Positions 51,105 to 64,000 of a DNA stretch of 64,000 nt are shown one piece after another. Position 1 is the first letter of the stretch; each line of letters begins with the position of its first letter. The notes under the pieces are model-generated. The model was not told the DNA's origin, ran no database searches, and worked only from the letters and a program-made list of their open reading frames with translations. Location: assembly GCF_024521635.1 (NCBI RefSeq), contig NW_026250431.1:62001-126000 (forward strand). The letters run 5' to 3'. Origin of the DNA: Tricharina praecox. Lineage: Eukaryota. Made by a program: the position numbers and the translations under genes.

Positions 51105-53331
51105 TCACAAAGCATCCCGTCTCTCCCTTAGCCCAGCGTACTCCTTCCCCACTATCGGCTCCCCGACTGCATCAGCCGAGAACGCCAGATGTCCCGTTCC
51201 CCCATCCGCGAAGCCAACACTGACATCCCCCCACTGCAACGGCTTCGATATGATCTCTTCCCCCACGGTCTCGTTCGCGCTGGGTGCATGGCAAGCCGCG
51301 CTGATGGCCGCCGAGCAGCCGCTGGGAATCGGCATGTCGTGGCGGTATTTCCGTAAACCCATGACGATGATTGCGACTACCGCTAGAGCTCCCATCGCGA
51401 GCGCTAGGATTATAGCCATAGTGCTGAAGCACACCTCCGAGCGTGTGTAGATTTCATCGTGTTACGGCCTACCCGGTATATGTAAAGGATATGTATCGAT
51501 TCGTGCGAAGAATAGCGCCTGGGACGTGAGCCAGTGGAGGATCCCCGAGAAGATCATAAGAGTGAGGGCGAAGCGGTACGGCAGTTGGAGGTAGTATGTG
51601 CTTCGCTGACCATCGCGCGGGCTGGTGACCCGCAGTGGCTTTCGAGAGTTGGCATAACTGTTCCATTCGAGGGCCGACAGCATGATGGTAAAAAGCGCAT
51701 TGTACATTAGGTAGAGGAGGGAAAGGATTGTCTGAGGTAAGTTGGCAAGGAGAACAGCCTCAGTTAGGCTCGGGACCCAGTCGGAATTCGGGTTGCTGTT
51801 CAGTTGGATTATGGATTCGAAACTGGCCTGCCCAAACCCGCGATTCCAAATATCTTTGAGTGTATTGAAAAGGTGGGCCATTATATCCGCCGTGACAGCT
51901 CGATGTAATAAATATGCCACAGCGGCGAGACTGATGCACATGCAGGACACATTGACAATCCACCGCCTGAGACTGACGACATTCCACCAGTGGTATGAGC
52001 GGCGTTTCCACGGCTGCGGCCGCAAATCTCCGCTGTTCCACGGTATTCCCGCTTTCCGCTGAGCCGCGATGTACTGCTTGTCGGCGTAGCATATCCCAGT
52101 AGTGTTCGGATCCGGCTTCAAAAGGAAACTCTGGATTGCGTCGCCGATGGTAACCAGCGGGATGAAGTTTCGTTCGAAAAGAATCAGGGTGATGCAGGCA
52201 ACTTTAACGGCACTACACACGATAACGATGGCGAGTATCAACGTGGAGAACTGCAGCTTGCAAGATTCGTCCACGACTTCGGCACGGCATTCCTTGACCG
52301 GAACGACCTGTCCTTCTAGATTTCGAACCCTCCACTCTCCACCCGATCGAACAACATCCATTCTTTTGTTACTTTCTTTAGGATGCATGAAGTCAGTCGA
52401 AAGAAACCTTACTGGATCGGAGAGCCATCGTTCGACAGTGAAAGTCTCCATCACGGGAAAGCCATTCAATAACCCTTCGGTACTGTTTCCCTGTAATACC
52501 ACTGCGACATTTCTGTTTCCGGAGACAAATGTTTTGTCGTAGTCTCTGAAACATTCTCGAGACGAGATCACCGTCCAGTTTCTAGCATGGGCGAGAAATT
52601 CTATCCACGGCTGCAGCGCGAAGTTTCCTATGTCCGTGGTGTTGAGGGGCATAGGCCAAATATTAGGATTGGTGAAATTGATCGTTGGGGGTTCCGACGA
52701 AAACATATTCTCCAGAACAACAGCCACCGAATAATATTTCAATGCTATCGTTGTGAACACGGCACTATTGTATCTGCGCAATATGCATGTCAGTACTCGC
52801 AGACCTACGCCTGTAATTGATGACCGAGACTTACAACAAGTGCAGCGGTACCGACGTGACTGCGAGGAACCACCACAGTACCATCCTTCTCCACTTGACT
52901 CTCCACAGATTCCTGACGCTCGGCATGCCGATGTCGAGCCACTCTCCCTTCGCGTGGGCTCGATCGACCTCCTCGCGAGTAGGGCTCGTCAAGCACTGCT
53001 GCGCATAGTTGCTGCCGCTCAATGCCAACGTACCCAGCGCATTGATCAGGGCATGAATCCACACCGACAGCGTCTTCGCTTCTGCGCAGGAGCCCTTGTA
53101 GACAGTCCCCAGTCCATCGTGGACCGAAAACATCTTCACCACCCAGATAGTGATTAACAGATTGAGCAGAAACACCATCGACACGCCGGCGATGCACCAG
53201 ATCAATCCTATCCGCCAGCCCGAGGTCGGTTCTCGTGATAGCGCAGCCCGCTTACACAGCTTGCCATCGTCAGAGTCGGGTGAGTATTTCGTCGAACGGC
53301 CGCTATCACCTCGTATCCTACATACCGCCAT
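51105..53331 (-). CDS. DUF6536-like fungal multi-pass membrane protein, with an in-frame TAA at 51462-51464
   Basis: GWRIG...NLLITIW...GSC...HALINALGTLALSGSNYAQQCLTSPTREEVDRAHAKGEWLDIG..SVRNL...SVPLHLL|YNSAVF; LANLPQ..LS; QRSTYYLQLPYRF; MPIPSGCSAAISAACH. Intron ~52773-52834. Start codon uncertain. Confidence 0.8.
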
Positions 53332-55614
53332 TCCCGCCGATTTTTTATTTTTTTTTGCATCCGCAACCCCCCCCCCCTTCCCCCCTCCCCCTCCCCTCCT
53401 GACCGGATGCTTACGGTTGCAATTCAACCGCCTCGGTATCCATAAGTTGATCGTTCGAATGGTCCACCGTCGGGTGCACGGCGTCAGTTTCTTCATAACC
53501 ATGTTGCTGTGCTCGCGTCGACGGGAGGTGATACATTGAGGGGCGGAATTGCTTAGGCAGCTTTTTTCGGGTTCCGTGTAGAGGTATTTGAACACAGCGA
53601 GGCAGCGGGCTCCATGCTGCCTAAAGGTACTGGTGGAGTACCCAATGTGCTCGTCGTCGCCGGCATCAGAACAACCAATTGCGTTACTCACAATTCTGAT
53701 AGTGGCGGTGGGGGTTGGGGGAAGGTAGGGTGAGGAGACATTCTCACTGGCGTTCCCACTTGCTCAAAGTCACCGCCAAGCATGCCGCCTTTAAGCCATC
53801 TTTTCAGCCCTCGATCGTCCACATTCACGTCTAGTTTCACCAACCTGCCGACTCTCGGTCGCCCAGCATCGAGACGGCCGCTAACGACCGCCTTCTCGGA
53901 ACTATCATTTTTCATTCTCCCGATTGCAATGGTCATGCGAGGAGAGTAGAAAGCGGGGAGGGTGTGCGTGGGGGAGATGTGCATGGTGTTTTCCCACCAA
54001 CCTGCTTCCAGATTGCTCTATCGTTCGACACATTCAGGCCACGGTAATTTTCCCTGCCTCGGCTCAGGCTGCGGTGACTCGCAAAGGAAAGATTCTTGTA
54101 ATTTGCCTTCTGGAAGAGTTGCTTGTTGTATCTTCATTGCTGTTGGACAGGAATAGGATATCGGTATTTACTCGTAGGTAGTATGCAATTCCAATGACCA
54201 CTATGCTCAGCGTGCTCTTCGCTTGCGGGAGTGCATGAGGGAGAATATCAATTTATTGTCACACAGCGTTGTTGGGGTTTTGTGTCGGTGATATCGAGTG
54301 ATGGATGAACATTGGTAGATGTCTCATGTAGCCATTCTTGCAGACCGAGAATGATCCCCTTTCATCCTCGGGTAGTCTCTCGGGGCACTGTATGGCGGGG
54401 CTCAATTCTTCACGAAAGCGAAATAAACCACCATCATCCCTCCTCGTTCGACTATCGGCCGGAATCCAATGTGCCGTTGAATTAGGCACACCCGATCGCT
54501 GCTAGCACCACGCCGCACAGGATGCCATGTGCTTCCGCCGTCCACCATGGTCGCCAGTTCCGTCCCTAACGGTGTTCTCCGCGCACGAAGTCACCTGACG
54601 AGTACCTGTATGGCGTTTATATAGCACGTGTGTATTGTGTAGCCAAATTGGTAAGATGGTCGCGACGAGGGAGGAAGGCGGAACTTCGGTGGGCGGAGGG
54701 GAGGGGTTTGGACGATCCGACACGAGTGGAAAACATCATCGCCACTAGGTATCCTATTGACCGTGTCTCGGTTTGGTCAGCTCAACTACGATTGCCACAG
54801 CGGGGGGAGACCGGGAAATAAGTGTAGATATCCTACTCACCTATGCTTTCCTTCCGTGGCTAGGAATGAACCTTTCCTACTTCCATGGTTTATCGGCCTC
54901 ACGACTCCCCCCGCCAATCTGCCCCTCTGGTAACAGATCTTTCCCATCATATTGTCCGAGAAAAGCCCGCCGCTACAGCTGTCATTCACTGCCATCAAGA
55001 GAGTGAGCTGAAATAAGCTTCACTTAACTTCTAACAGGCTCTTCAGATGTTGGAATCTTGTGGTTCCGAGGCAACCACAGGCAGTAACGGGGAAATGTGC
55101 CTTTGGATCGCGTCGTGGGCGATGGAAAGAGGAGTTGGAGGATATGTGGAACAAGGACGTTCCGGAGACAGTATTGCCGCCGTTACTATCGCAGCGACGA
55201 GTGAGGGAGTGAGGAATTGGTTGAACGCCGCGGAAGGCGGTCGGAGGCAGAGAGCGGCCAATGCGGCTCTGCAATAGAGTCAACTTGGCGCGCTAAATGA
55301 CTCTAGTGTATCCTCAGGCTGATCTCACCAAAGCTGGGCTCAGGGCACGGCACATCCCAGCGAGCCATAACTATCGAGCACAGACCGCCGCAAGTTGACA
55401 GGCGTTGCGAGTCTGCACTTGAAGACATCATCGTCGTCGCCGAGCAGCCAGCCAGTCTTAAAGTCGACCGCCCGCATGCCCTCCAGCTCTTAGGTACGCT
55501 TCTCATCACTGTCTTCCACCTCCACACGACATCCATCTACACCGTCCGACTACTCCCGCTCCGTAATAGCCTCTCGGGAATCCCATTCACTCGTTTGCTC
55601 GCCCGCTAACTCGA

Positions 55615-56881
55615 GTGCCCAGTTACGGTGCAGCTAAGGCACTCGTTCTTCGCGCCGTCCACCATCGCTCCCGCATAGCGCTCACCTGCTCGATCGCCAA
55701 TCTGCCGAATTCAAGTTGCCGACCCTGCTCCCCGCACCTTGCCGCGACATCGCAAGTGTCGCACCCCGCGATCGACCTGGCTCCCCTGCGCTACCATCCC
55801 GCCACTGTTCCTTTCGCCGCCTCCGCCGACGACGATGGGGACTTCCAGCACCCGAGAGTAGCGTCGGTCCTCGGCGTCCCCAGACGATACCGGTTTCCGT
55901 TGTTGGTCTGTCGGGGGCTGTCGATAGGCCCGAGTCTGTTCGGTCTTGCTAGATGCATCTACGAAGCGTGGAACTCGAAGGCGGGACAGGATTTTGTCTG
56001 CGCAGAGGTCGAGTTGTGGCTGGCGGCCGTGTGGGTACGTATCTCGAGTGCGGGGCTTCCAGGTGGCTCGGCATCTGCGTCGTAGGCTCTGCTGACACCC
56101 AGGCGATAAGTGTGCGTCCTCCGCGATTTTGTCGTACATGTTCATAAACAATCTTATGGCTCGATGGTAACTACCCCGCCCTCCAAGCTCTCGGCGATGA
56201 TACCATCTTCATCAGCTAATCCGACCTAGGTTGATATTCTACACCCCGACAGGTTCGTTCGTGTTTTTGCCCTTCAATAAAGTGGGGACGGGATTCACCA
56301 CAAGTGCGAACGCGGCGATGGTGCCCATTACCTTGGGATGTGATGTCATCGCGCGTTGCCATTGCAACTCCAGATCGTGCCCGCAGCCCAAACACCTCTC
56401 CTTTCTCAGTTCCTCTAGGGGTTGTTCGTGTCTGATGTGAATGCTTCGTTCCAGCGACCATTGTGCGACTTTTCTCCATCAATGCCATCAACGCCTACCT
56501 AACGTCTTGGGCACTCGCCCTTATCGGCTTGAACGATTCTCAGATGCTCCTGCCGGCGTGGATATTCATTGCTTGTGTAGGCAGCACCCATCCTTTCCAT
56601 CGCTTTATTCCCCCTCGTCTGCCTCCTCTGTCTCCTATAGCTACTTAGTCTCGGAGTTGGGGTGTGGCTGTGGACTGCTACTGCTACCGTGATGTATCTA
56701 CCCACTGACCATAACTTTGGCGGCGTTAAAGGTCCAGACAATATGCTACCACACGACGCTGCGCAAGATGCGAGTGCCACGCGACTCTTCGCCGGCCATG
56801 TACCTCCTCTGCATAGCGAGCTTTCTGAGCATGTTGGGCCTGTGGTTCGAAATACGTGTGTGCTCGTTGGTGAAGCGTTGA
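55615..56881 (+). CDS. EOS1: N-glycosylation / oxidative-stress membrane protein EOS1-like (multi-exon; start unresolved)
   Basis: HPRVASVLGVP..., ELWLAAVW, LMARWLIFYTP-ATIVRLFSINAINAYLTSW, LLPAWIFIA, ICYHTTLRKM...IASFLSM. Confidence 0.75.
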
Positions 56882-57576
56882 ATTGAGACGATGCGTTGTT
56901 GGGCACGGCTGCGGTGAGAATGAAGCGTCGAGCTGCCCCTCTGATTGTCTATCTATTCGGATTATGTTTGTAGCTCTTGCCCCGCGATTCGTAGCAATTG
57001 GACGTGTTTTGAATGACTTCATGCTGCGTCTCTACTCGACGAACTATTGCCACGGAAAAAGATGCGTGTTTCCGTAGTTACGGCCGAGATGCAGCGTGAT
57101 TAGCGGCAATGGTGTGTTTATCGGAACCTTGAGAAATAGTTCTCTTCATTTCTCACTACCAACACGAGAATTCTCTATGGAGCTGGACTATGACATTCGG
57201 ATCTTCTGTTAACTGCGCGTGGGCGGTCCGTTGGTGATCAACGCCGTATCTTATTGATCGCCGATTATCTAATCGAATCGATCGCGTATTCGCCATCTGA
57301 GGCTCCGCTCCTCCACGTCCGCATCCTATGCACACAACTATCCCTGGTCGCAATGCCTTCGCCACACCAGCCGGAACAGCTTACGACATTTACGTCCGTA
57401 AGCTACCTTGTCAGGCTGCGCATCGCAATCAGAGCACAAGCCCCGTCCATCTCATTTCACCACATTCTACCGCGATCGTTCCTCCGACATCCGAGAACTT
57501 ATAAACACATCTTCATCTGCCCCCCGATTTCCTCGCCATCACAGTCGTCATCGCAAGAAACAAAGCAGCATTCGTC

Positions 57577-60500
57577 ATGTCGTACTCCGGCACTAGGAAT
57601 GTGGACATGAGCCGGTAGGACCCCTCACTCCCATCGCCTTCGCCTATATACGCTGCCATCTCCCCGCTCGACGCGTTGAATAGTTGCAAGGGCTAATCCG
57701 ACCTCACGCGATCCTTTAGGTCCGAATCCGACCTGGTCATCAACATCAAGAAAGCCACCAACATCGAGGAGACTGCTCCGAAACGTATGACGCCACTCCC
57801 TCCGCCCGCGCACGACCGATCACTCCCTGGAGCCTCCGCCTCCCCCTCCGTACCCCGCGACACCGATTGCTAACACGCATTCCCAGGGAAACATGTCCGC
57901 TCATGTATCGTCTACACGTGGGACCACAAGTCGTCGCAGTCGTTCTGGGCCGGCATGAAAGTGTATGAATTCTCGGCTGCCGTCCGCGCAAGTGGTATGA
58001 ATGGATCACATGCTAAACTGTGTGCAGGCAGCCCATCATGGCCGACGAAGTGCAGACATTCAAAGCATTGATCACGGTACACAAGGTGCTGCAGGAGGGA
58101 CATCCAGTATCGATCAGGGAGGCCCAATTCCACGCGGGATGGATCGAGACTCTTGGAAGGGGAGTTATCGGGGATGGCATTCGCGGTATGTTCCGTCCCA
58201 AGTCTACCCCCTTTGAAGTCCGGGAACGCGTTGCTAATGATTTGATGACATGTCGCAGGTTACGGTCCCTTGATCCGCGAGTACATCCATTTCCTGCGCG
58301 CGAAGCTACAGTTCCATCGGTATCACCCCGAATTCAACGGATTATTCGAGTACGAGGAATACATCAGTCTGAAATCCACCAACGATCCGAACGAGGGGTA
58401 TGTCTTTTCTCCGGTGGGCTTTACCGGACAGCAGGCTGAACGGACGGTTTAGTTATGAGACGATTTCGGATCTTATGACTCTACAGGATCAGATCGAGAC
58501 GTTCCAGAAGCTCGTGTTTTCTCACTTCCGCCATGGAATGAACAATGAATGCCGCATCTCGTCGTTGGTACCACTGGTGCAGGAGAGTTACGGTATCTAC
58601 AAATTCATCACCAGCATGCTGAGGGCTATGCACATCATCACTACTGGCGATGATGAGGCTTTGGCTCCCCTACGGCAGCGGTACGAGGGTCAGCACCACA
58701 GATTGGTCCGCTTCTACTACGAGTGTTCAAGCGTGCGGTACTTGACAAGTCTTATCACCATACCGCGACTTCCTCAGGTATTTCCGAAAGACATATTTTC
58801 CCCAGGCGTGGTGATGTTTTGCTGACCCGGAAACCTACAGGATCCGCCGAACTTGACGAGCGAAGAAGACGCGCCTCCGACACTCCCGAAGCGACCCGTC
58901 GCCCCGAAGGAGACCCCCGCACCTACGCCCCCGCCCCCTCCTCCACCCGCCGCACCAGAGCCCGAGTCAATAGACGACTTCTGGTCGAACGCCCAAGCTA
59001 TTGAAGACCATAATGCGGAGCAGGAGCGACTGCGTCAACAGCGGGAATTGGAACAGCAGCAACAGATGGCAATGCTGATGCAGCAGCAGCAAGATTTCGA
59101 GGAACAGCAGCGGATGCTGGCCGAGCAGCAGAGGTTAGCCGAGCAGCAGTTGATCAGGGACCAGTATGCGAGGCAGGCCCAGGGTCACGTTGCGGAACTC
59201 GAAAGACAGTTGTTGGACCTGCAGGGACAACAGAATAACAACCGCCTTCTACTCGAGTCGTACGATAATGTGAGTCGTGTGCTGTTTTCTGCTTATTCGG
59301 TCACCTGCTGACGTCAACTTTTCGCACGAATAGAAAGTGAAGGCCCTAGAAAATGAGATTTCTAACCTCAATCTCAACAGCCAGCAACTTCATGAATCGA
59401 AGGAGAGTCTCATCCAGTCTCTCACAGGTTAGTCCCATTCCCCGAGCTCGTTCGGTCTGAATATAGTATCCTTACCTTCCGTTTACAGCGCAGGCCAATT
59501 TGTGGAAGAGCAAGTACGATGCTCTCGCCAAGATTTACTCTCAACTTCGGCACGAGCACCTGGACCTCCTGGGCAAGTTCAAGCAGCTGCAGCTCAAGGC
59601 GTCCTCCGCCCAGGAAGCCATCGATAAGCGGGAGAAGCTGGAGCGGGAGATGAAGAGCAAGAACTTGGAGTTGGCCGATATGATCCGAGAGAGAGATCGT
59701 GCTCTTTACGATCTGGACCGCGTCAAAGGGTCCCAAAAAGATGAGGTCGAGACTCTGAAGCGCGAGCTCCGAATGGCCGAGGAGAAATCCAACAACCAGG
59801 ACAGCAGCAAGGGTAGGGAGCTCTCCGCGATGCTTTCCCGGCACAACCGTGAGATGGCGGATCTCGAGGAGTTGCTGCGATCCAAGCAGCGGCAGATCGA
59901 TGATCTCAACTCTCGCACCTCCGATCTTAGTGAGGATCTCAAGAGACAGCTTAAGGATAAGGAGGAGGAGCTTGAGGTCTACAAGGCTGGAATGGATCAA
60001 GTTTTGTTGGAGGTCAACGAGCAGAAGATGGCTGCAGGAGTGAGTTTGTTCTCGGTCCGTGCATAGACTTTTACTGACACATGAGCAGGAACCCAAGATG
60101 GACGATGAACTCATGGATACCCTGCTTCTCGAGCATCTGAAGAGGCTGCACGAGATCATTGGTACGTTTCCTCCTCGTTGCCGGCTATTGCACTTCCGCT
60201 GATCATTTCAACAGATTCCGTTCTTCAGAGTGGTGTCCAGCGCATCGATGATGCCCTCTACGAACTTGAATCTCCCATGAACGCCGGGAACCAGAATGCC
60301 ACCGCCGGTTATCTGTTGTCTCAAATAGAAAAGGCCGCCTTCAGTGCCACCGAATTCGCGACCACGTTCAACAACTTCATTGCGGATGGCCCTAGCAGTC
60401 ACCAGTCCCTGATCATCAAGAATGTTACCACTTTTTCCAGCGCCATTGCCGACGTTCTCTTCAACTCGAAGGGAGTAACGCGATTCATCTCCGATGAGAG

Positions 60501-61557
60501 GAAAATAGAGACGCTGATCTCGGCAGCCCGCCAATCTGCCGATTACGGGATTAAGTTCTTCCAGAACCTGCAGTCGTTCCGTCTCGACGATCTGAGCGCC
60601 GATCAGAAGGCGGACATCGTCATCACCAACAACTTGGAGGTCCAGGCCAGCCTGCAGAAGTTGACTAAGCTCACCGAGCAGTACGTCGGCACGGGCAGCA
60701 AGATCACGGATGTCAAGAAGGATATCGGTGAGCATGTTGACAGCGAGTTGGGTAAGGCTGCCGCGGCTATCGAGGCTGCCGCTGCTCGTCTGGCGCAGCT
60801 TCAGAATAAGTCGAAGGATGGCTATTCGACCTACGAGTTGAGGATCCATGAGTAAGAAGCATCTCCTCCTCCACTGTCGGTCCAGAAATTAACATCGCTC
60901 TGATAGGTCTATTCTGGAAGCCGCTATCGCCGTCACCAATGCTATCGCTCAACTCATCAAGGCCGCTACGATATCGCAGCAAGAGATTGTGGCCAAGGGC
61001 AAAGGAGGAAGTTCGCGCGCGGCTTTCTACAAGCGCAACAACCGGTGGACGGAAGGTCTCATCTCGGCTTCGAAGGCTGTCGCTTCGTCGACGAACATGT
61101 TGATCGAGACTGCCGACGGTGTCATCAGCGGACGCAACAAGCTCGAGCAGATGATCGTCGCATCGAACGAAGTTGCAGCCTCGACGGCGCAGTTGGTAGC
61201 CGCATCGCGTGTCAAGGCGGACTTCATGTCCAAATCGCAAGAGCGGCTGGAGGGCGCGTCCAAGGCCGTCACCTACGCCTGCAAATCGCTCGTTCGCCAG
61301 GTCCAGAGTATCATCGCTGCAAAGAACCGTGAGGAGGGTGACGATGACAACTGGGCGGAACTCAGCGGCCACGAGTTCAAGGTCCAAGAGATGGAGCAGC
61401 AAGTACGTTCCCTGCTTTCTTTACCTACCTACCGCTTGCTGTCCGCTAACCAGCTCGATAGGTCGAAATCCTCCAGCTCGAGAACAAGCTCAACGCGGCC
61501 CGAATGCGGCTGGGAGAGATGCGCAAGCACTCGTATGCCCAGCAGGACGAGGACTAG
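57577..61557 (+). CDS. SLA2: Endocytic adaptor Sla2/End4 (ANTH, coiled coil, I/LWEQ-THATCH), about 12 introns
   Basis: IKKATNIEETAPKRKHVRSCIVYTWDHKSS; YHPEFNGLFEYEEYISLK; FYKRNNRWTEGLISASKAVA; EFKVQEMEQQVEILQLENKL. Confidence 0.97.
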
Positions 61558-64000
61558 TGAGGCAAAATCAGAGTCTGTTGTGCAAGTAGATGGATGGGAT
61601 GGCATGGATGGCATGGATTGGGTTGTGTTTCTTGCTTTGCTTTCAGGCGTGTTTCTCACATTACTTCTTCTTTTAATCTGGCCGGGATATTGTTTGGGTG
61701 CTTTGAAGTCCTATGCCCTGTCGCGAGTGTGTACATACTCGTATCGAACCGGCCGTTATTTAAGTGCTTATATATCTTGGTTGCTCTGATCTCCGTGTTG
61801 TATGGAGTGGCTGCACCGCGATATCGGTGACGGGTTGCCATGCAAAATGTACTGTGCGGTGCGCGTTGGGATATTATTCTCGGGGTCACTCGGTGATGTT
61901 CCTAAGATTACTCGAGAGGTAAAAGAGCAAAGAAAAAAAGATATTTGAAGAATTGTCGGTACCATGAATCGAACATGGGTCTAAGCTGATTCATGAATCC
62001 ACAAAGCTTCGTACTAACCACTATACTATACCGACTTGAGATATCAGCAACTCATCGTAACACATAAGATACAAGTTACTAAATTTTGCACACTAGAGTT
62101 GCCGGTGACTTCACCTATTACTGTCGCTGGACTGGGATGTTAGATTACTCTCACAAGTACTTGGTCCACGCCTTTTTATTGCTATGAATCTCCAGCCTGG
62201 AAGTTTACGTGAAGGCATCAGATGGAATTCTCAGATCTGCTATTATAGGTAGGTAGCATGAGCCGGTCGATACCAGGAATCCAGGATTGTTTTGCACAAG
62301 CTACCTATCGAGAGTGTTCTGGAGCGCGGAGGGAAGTTGGATTCCCTGGTCGAGAGCACGGTGGAGCCAGCACGTAGGCAGTATTATGCCGCAGGAGAAT
62401 CGACGCGTAATGTGTTGTAAGTACATGCCTTGAGACAGAACTTTTGCTTTTGTATTGTATGTAGATTTCACATACTGGTGCTTGTACTCTAGCATGCCTT
62501 GGGTAAGTACTCTCGATGGCATATGGCGCAGTATTCACCATTATTGTCACCGGACTGTGATTTTTGGTTGCTCTCTCAAGTAGGTATCCACGCCTTTTTA
62601 ATGCCATGAATCTCTCACACTACACCAAAATATCTTCAGGCACAATAGGCGATGAACAAGACCATCCTCCTATTCAGATCCGATATGCTAAAGAAAAAAT
62701 AACAAAAATCACTCCACATGTAAGCCACTAAAAATCTAAAACTTTCCTCTCCCTCCGTCTTCGTCAAATACGAACCCGCGAACCCCACCACTATGTCCTC
62801 GTCGAGTAACGCCTGCGCTCTCTCTTGAGGAACACTACTCGCCATTTCTTCACTTCCCGGAGATCTCCTACCCTACCTACGCTCTCTCTTTGAGAAGCGC
62901 GGCTCGCCATTTCTTCACTCCTCGAAGATCTCCTCCCCTGCCTCTGCTTTATTTGTCCATGCGGAAAGAATACTTGCTCTGGTTGGGTGGCAGCGACGCC
63001 AATCTGGCGCCGCATAGCAAAGGATGTTATTATCCCTGAAACAATCATCAGCCGTTTGAACCTTAAACAACAACAGGTTTTACATACCTTTGCAAAACCC
63101 TTCACTGTGAGCAGGGCCGAAGCCCACCCCAGGTACATATTGTGGGGGGCCGAAGCTCTCCCCAAGTAATCATTGTGATGGCCGAAGCCCTCCGTAATCC
63201 GCCGAAATCAAATAAAGGAACGACAAGGGACACACAGTTGAAAGGCACCAGGACCGGTGTTGGAGTGGCGGCTCCAATGCGAGCCACCACTGCAACGTAA
63301 TAGACGCTATTGCAATCAGTAGGAGGACGGCGGGATAGGCAGGCACGGAGGGAAGAACTTACAGCCCACGGTTCAACAGCCGCCAAGAAACCCTGGTTGT
63401 AGCTCTTGTCGGAAGCCCACGCCTTCGAAGACCCACGCTTCGGCCCCCGTATTCGAATACGGACGCTTCGGCGTTCGACCGACATCGGCCGAACCAACTC
63501 TTATCGGCGGATGACTTCCGAATAGAACCATCCACCGATAAAAGGAGGTTCCGGCGGCCGTTGAGCCGGTCAGAGGGGGCGAAATCCAATGTTGATCCTG
63601 GAACTGATGTTGGCCGGCCTCACATTGGTTGCTGGGCGTGGGCTGTCGGCAGGAACCATCATATGAGATGGTAAATGAATGGGAGGGATTATAGGGTGTG
63701 TTGATGTTGTGGTGTTTCGGAGTGTCGGATTTTGTTGTGGTTAAGTTGGAAGAAGAACATGATGTAGGAAGGAGAAGATGATGTAGGAAGGAGAAGATGA
63801 TGTAGGAAGGAGAGTAAAGAAAGAAGCGTGGGGAGTGGGCACCATGGGGGTTTTATGGGGCAGCGAGGTAGTTATCCGGACGGCGGCGGACGACAGAAAC
63901 GATCAAAACAAAACCAAAATGAACAGTCAAAACAAGCAAGTCTAAGCAGAGCAGCATCCGGATCCACAACTGCTCTCAACATCTTCACAGAAACGATCAA

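Noticed and set aside
59422..61402. Long minus-strand ORFs (245, 213 and 211 aa)
   Set aside because: Antisense shadows of SLA2 coding exons
62300..63660. Fragmented minus-strand ORFs after SLA2
   Set aside because: Multiple stops and no recognisable domain; at most a decayed gene

Overview
This is eukaryotic DNA from a filamentous ascomycete: short GT-AG introns with CTAAC/CTGAC branch points, and fungal housekeeping genes. The supplied ORF track ignores introns, so gene models were rebuilt by eye. About 1-38 kb is an accessory, repeat-rich zone. It holds hAT MITEs, a hAT transposase relic, a long-TIR TA-flanked element, LINE 3' relics, microsatellites, a tandem pair of small 4-exon genes, four 44-78 aa Cys-rich metallothionein-like genes, and an array of about 9 exon+intron units with no reading frame whose splice junctions appear to build hairpins. 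About 39-62 kb is conserved core genome: a UBX7/UBXN4-like gene, a DUR31/NCU01977-like Na+:solute (thiamine) transporter with an intronic TPP riboswitch, a DUF6536-like membrane protein with one in-frame stop, an EOS1-like gene and SLA2/END4. All calls are by inspection; no searches or folding programs were run.
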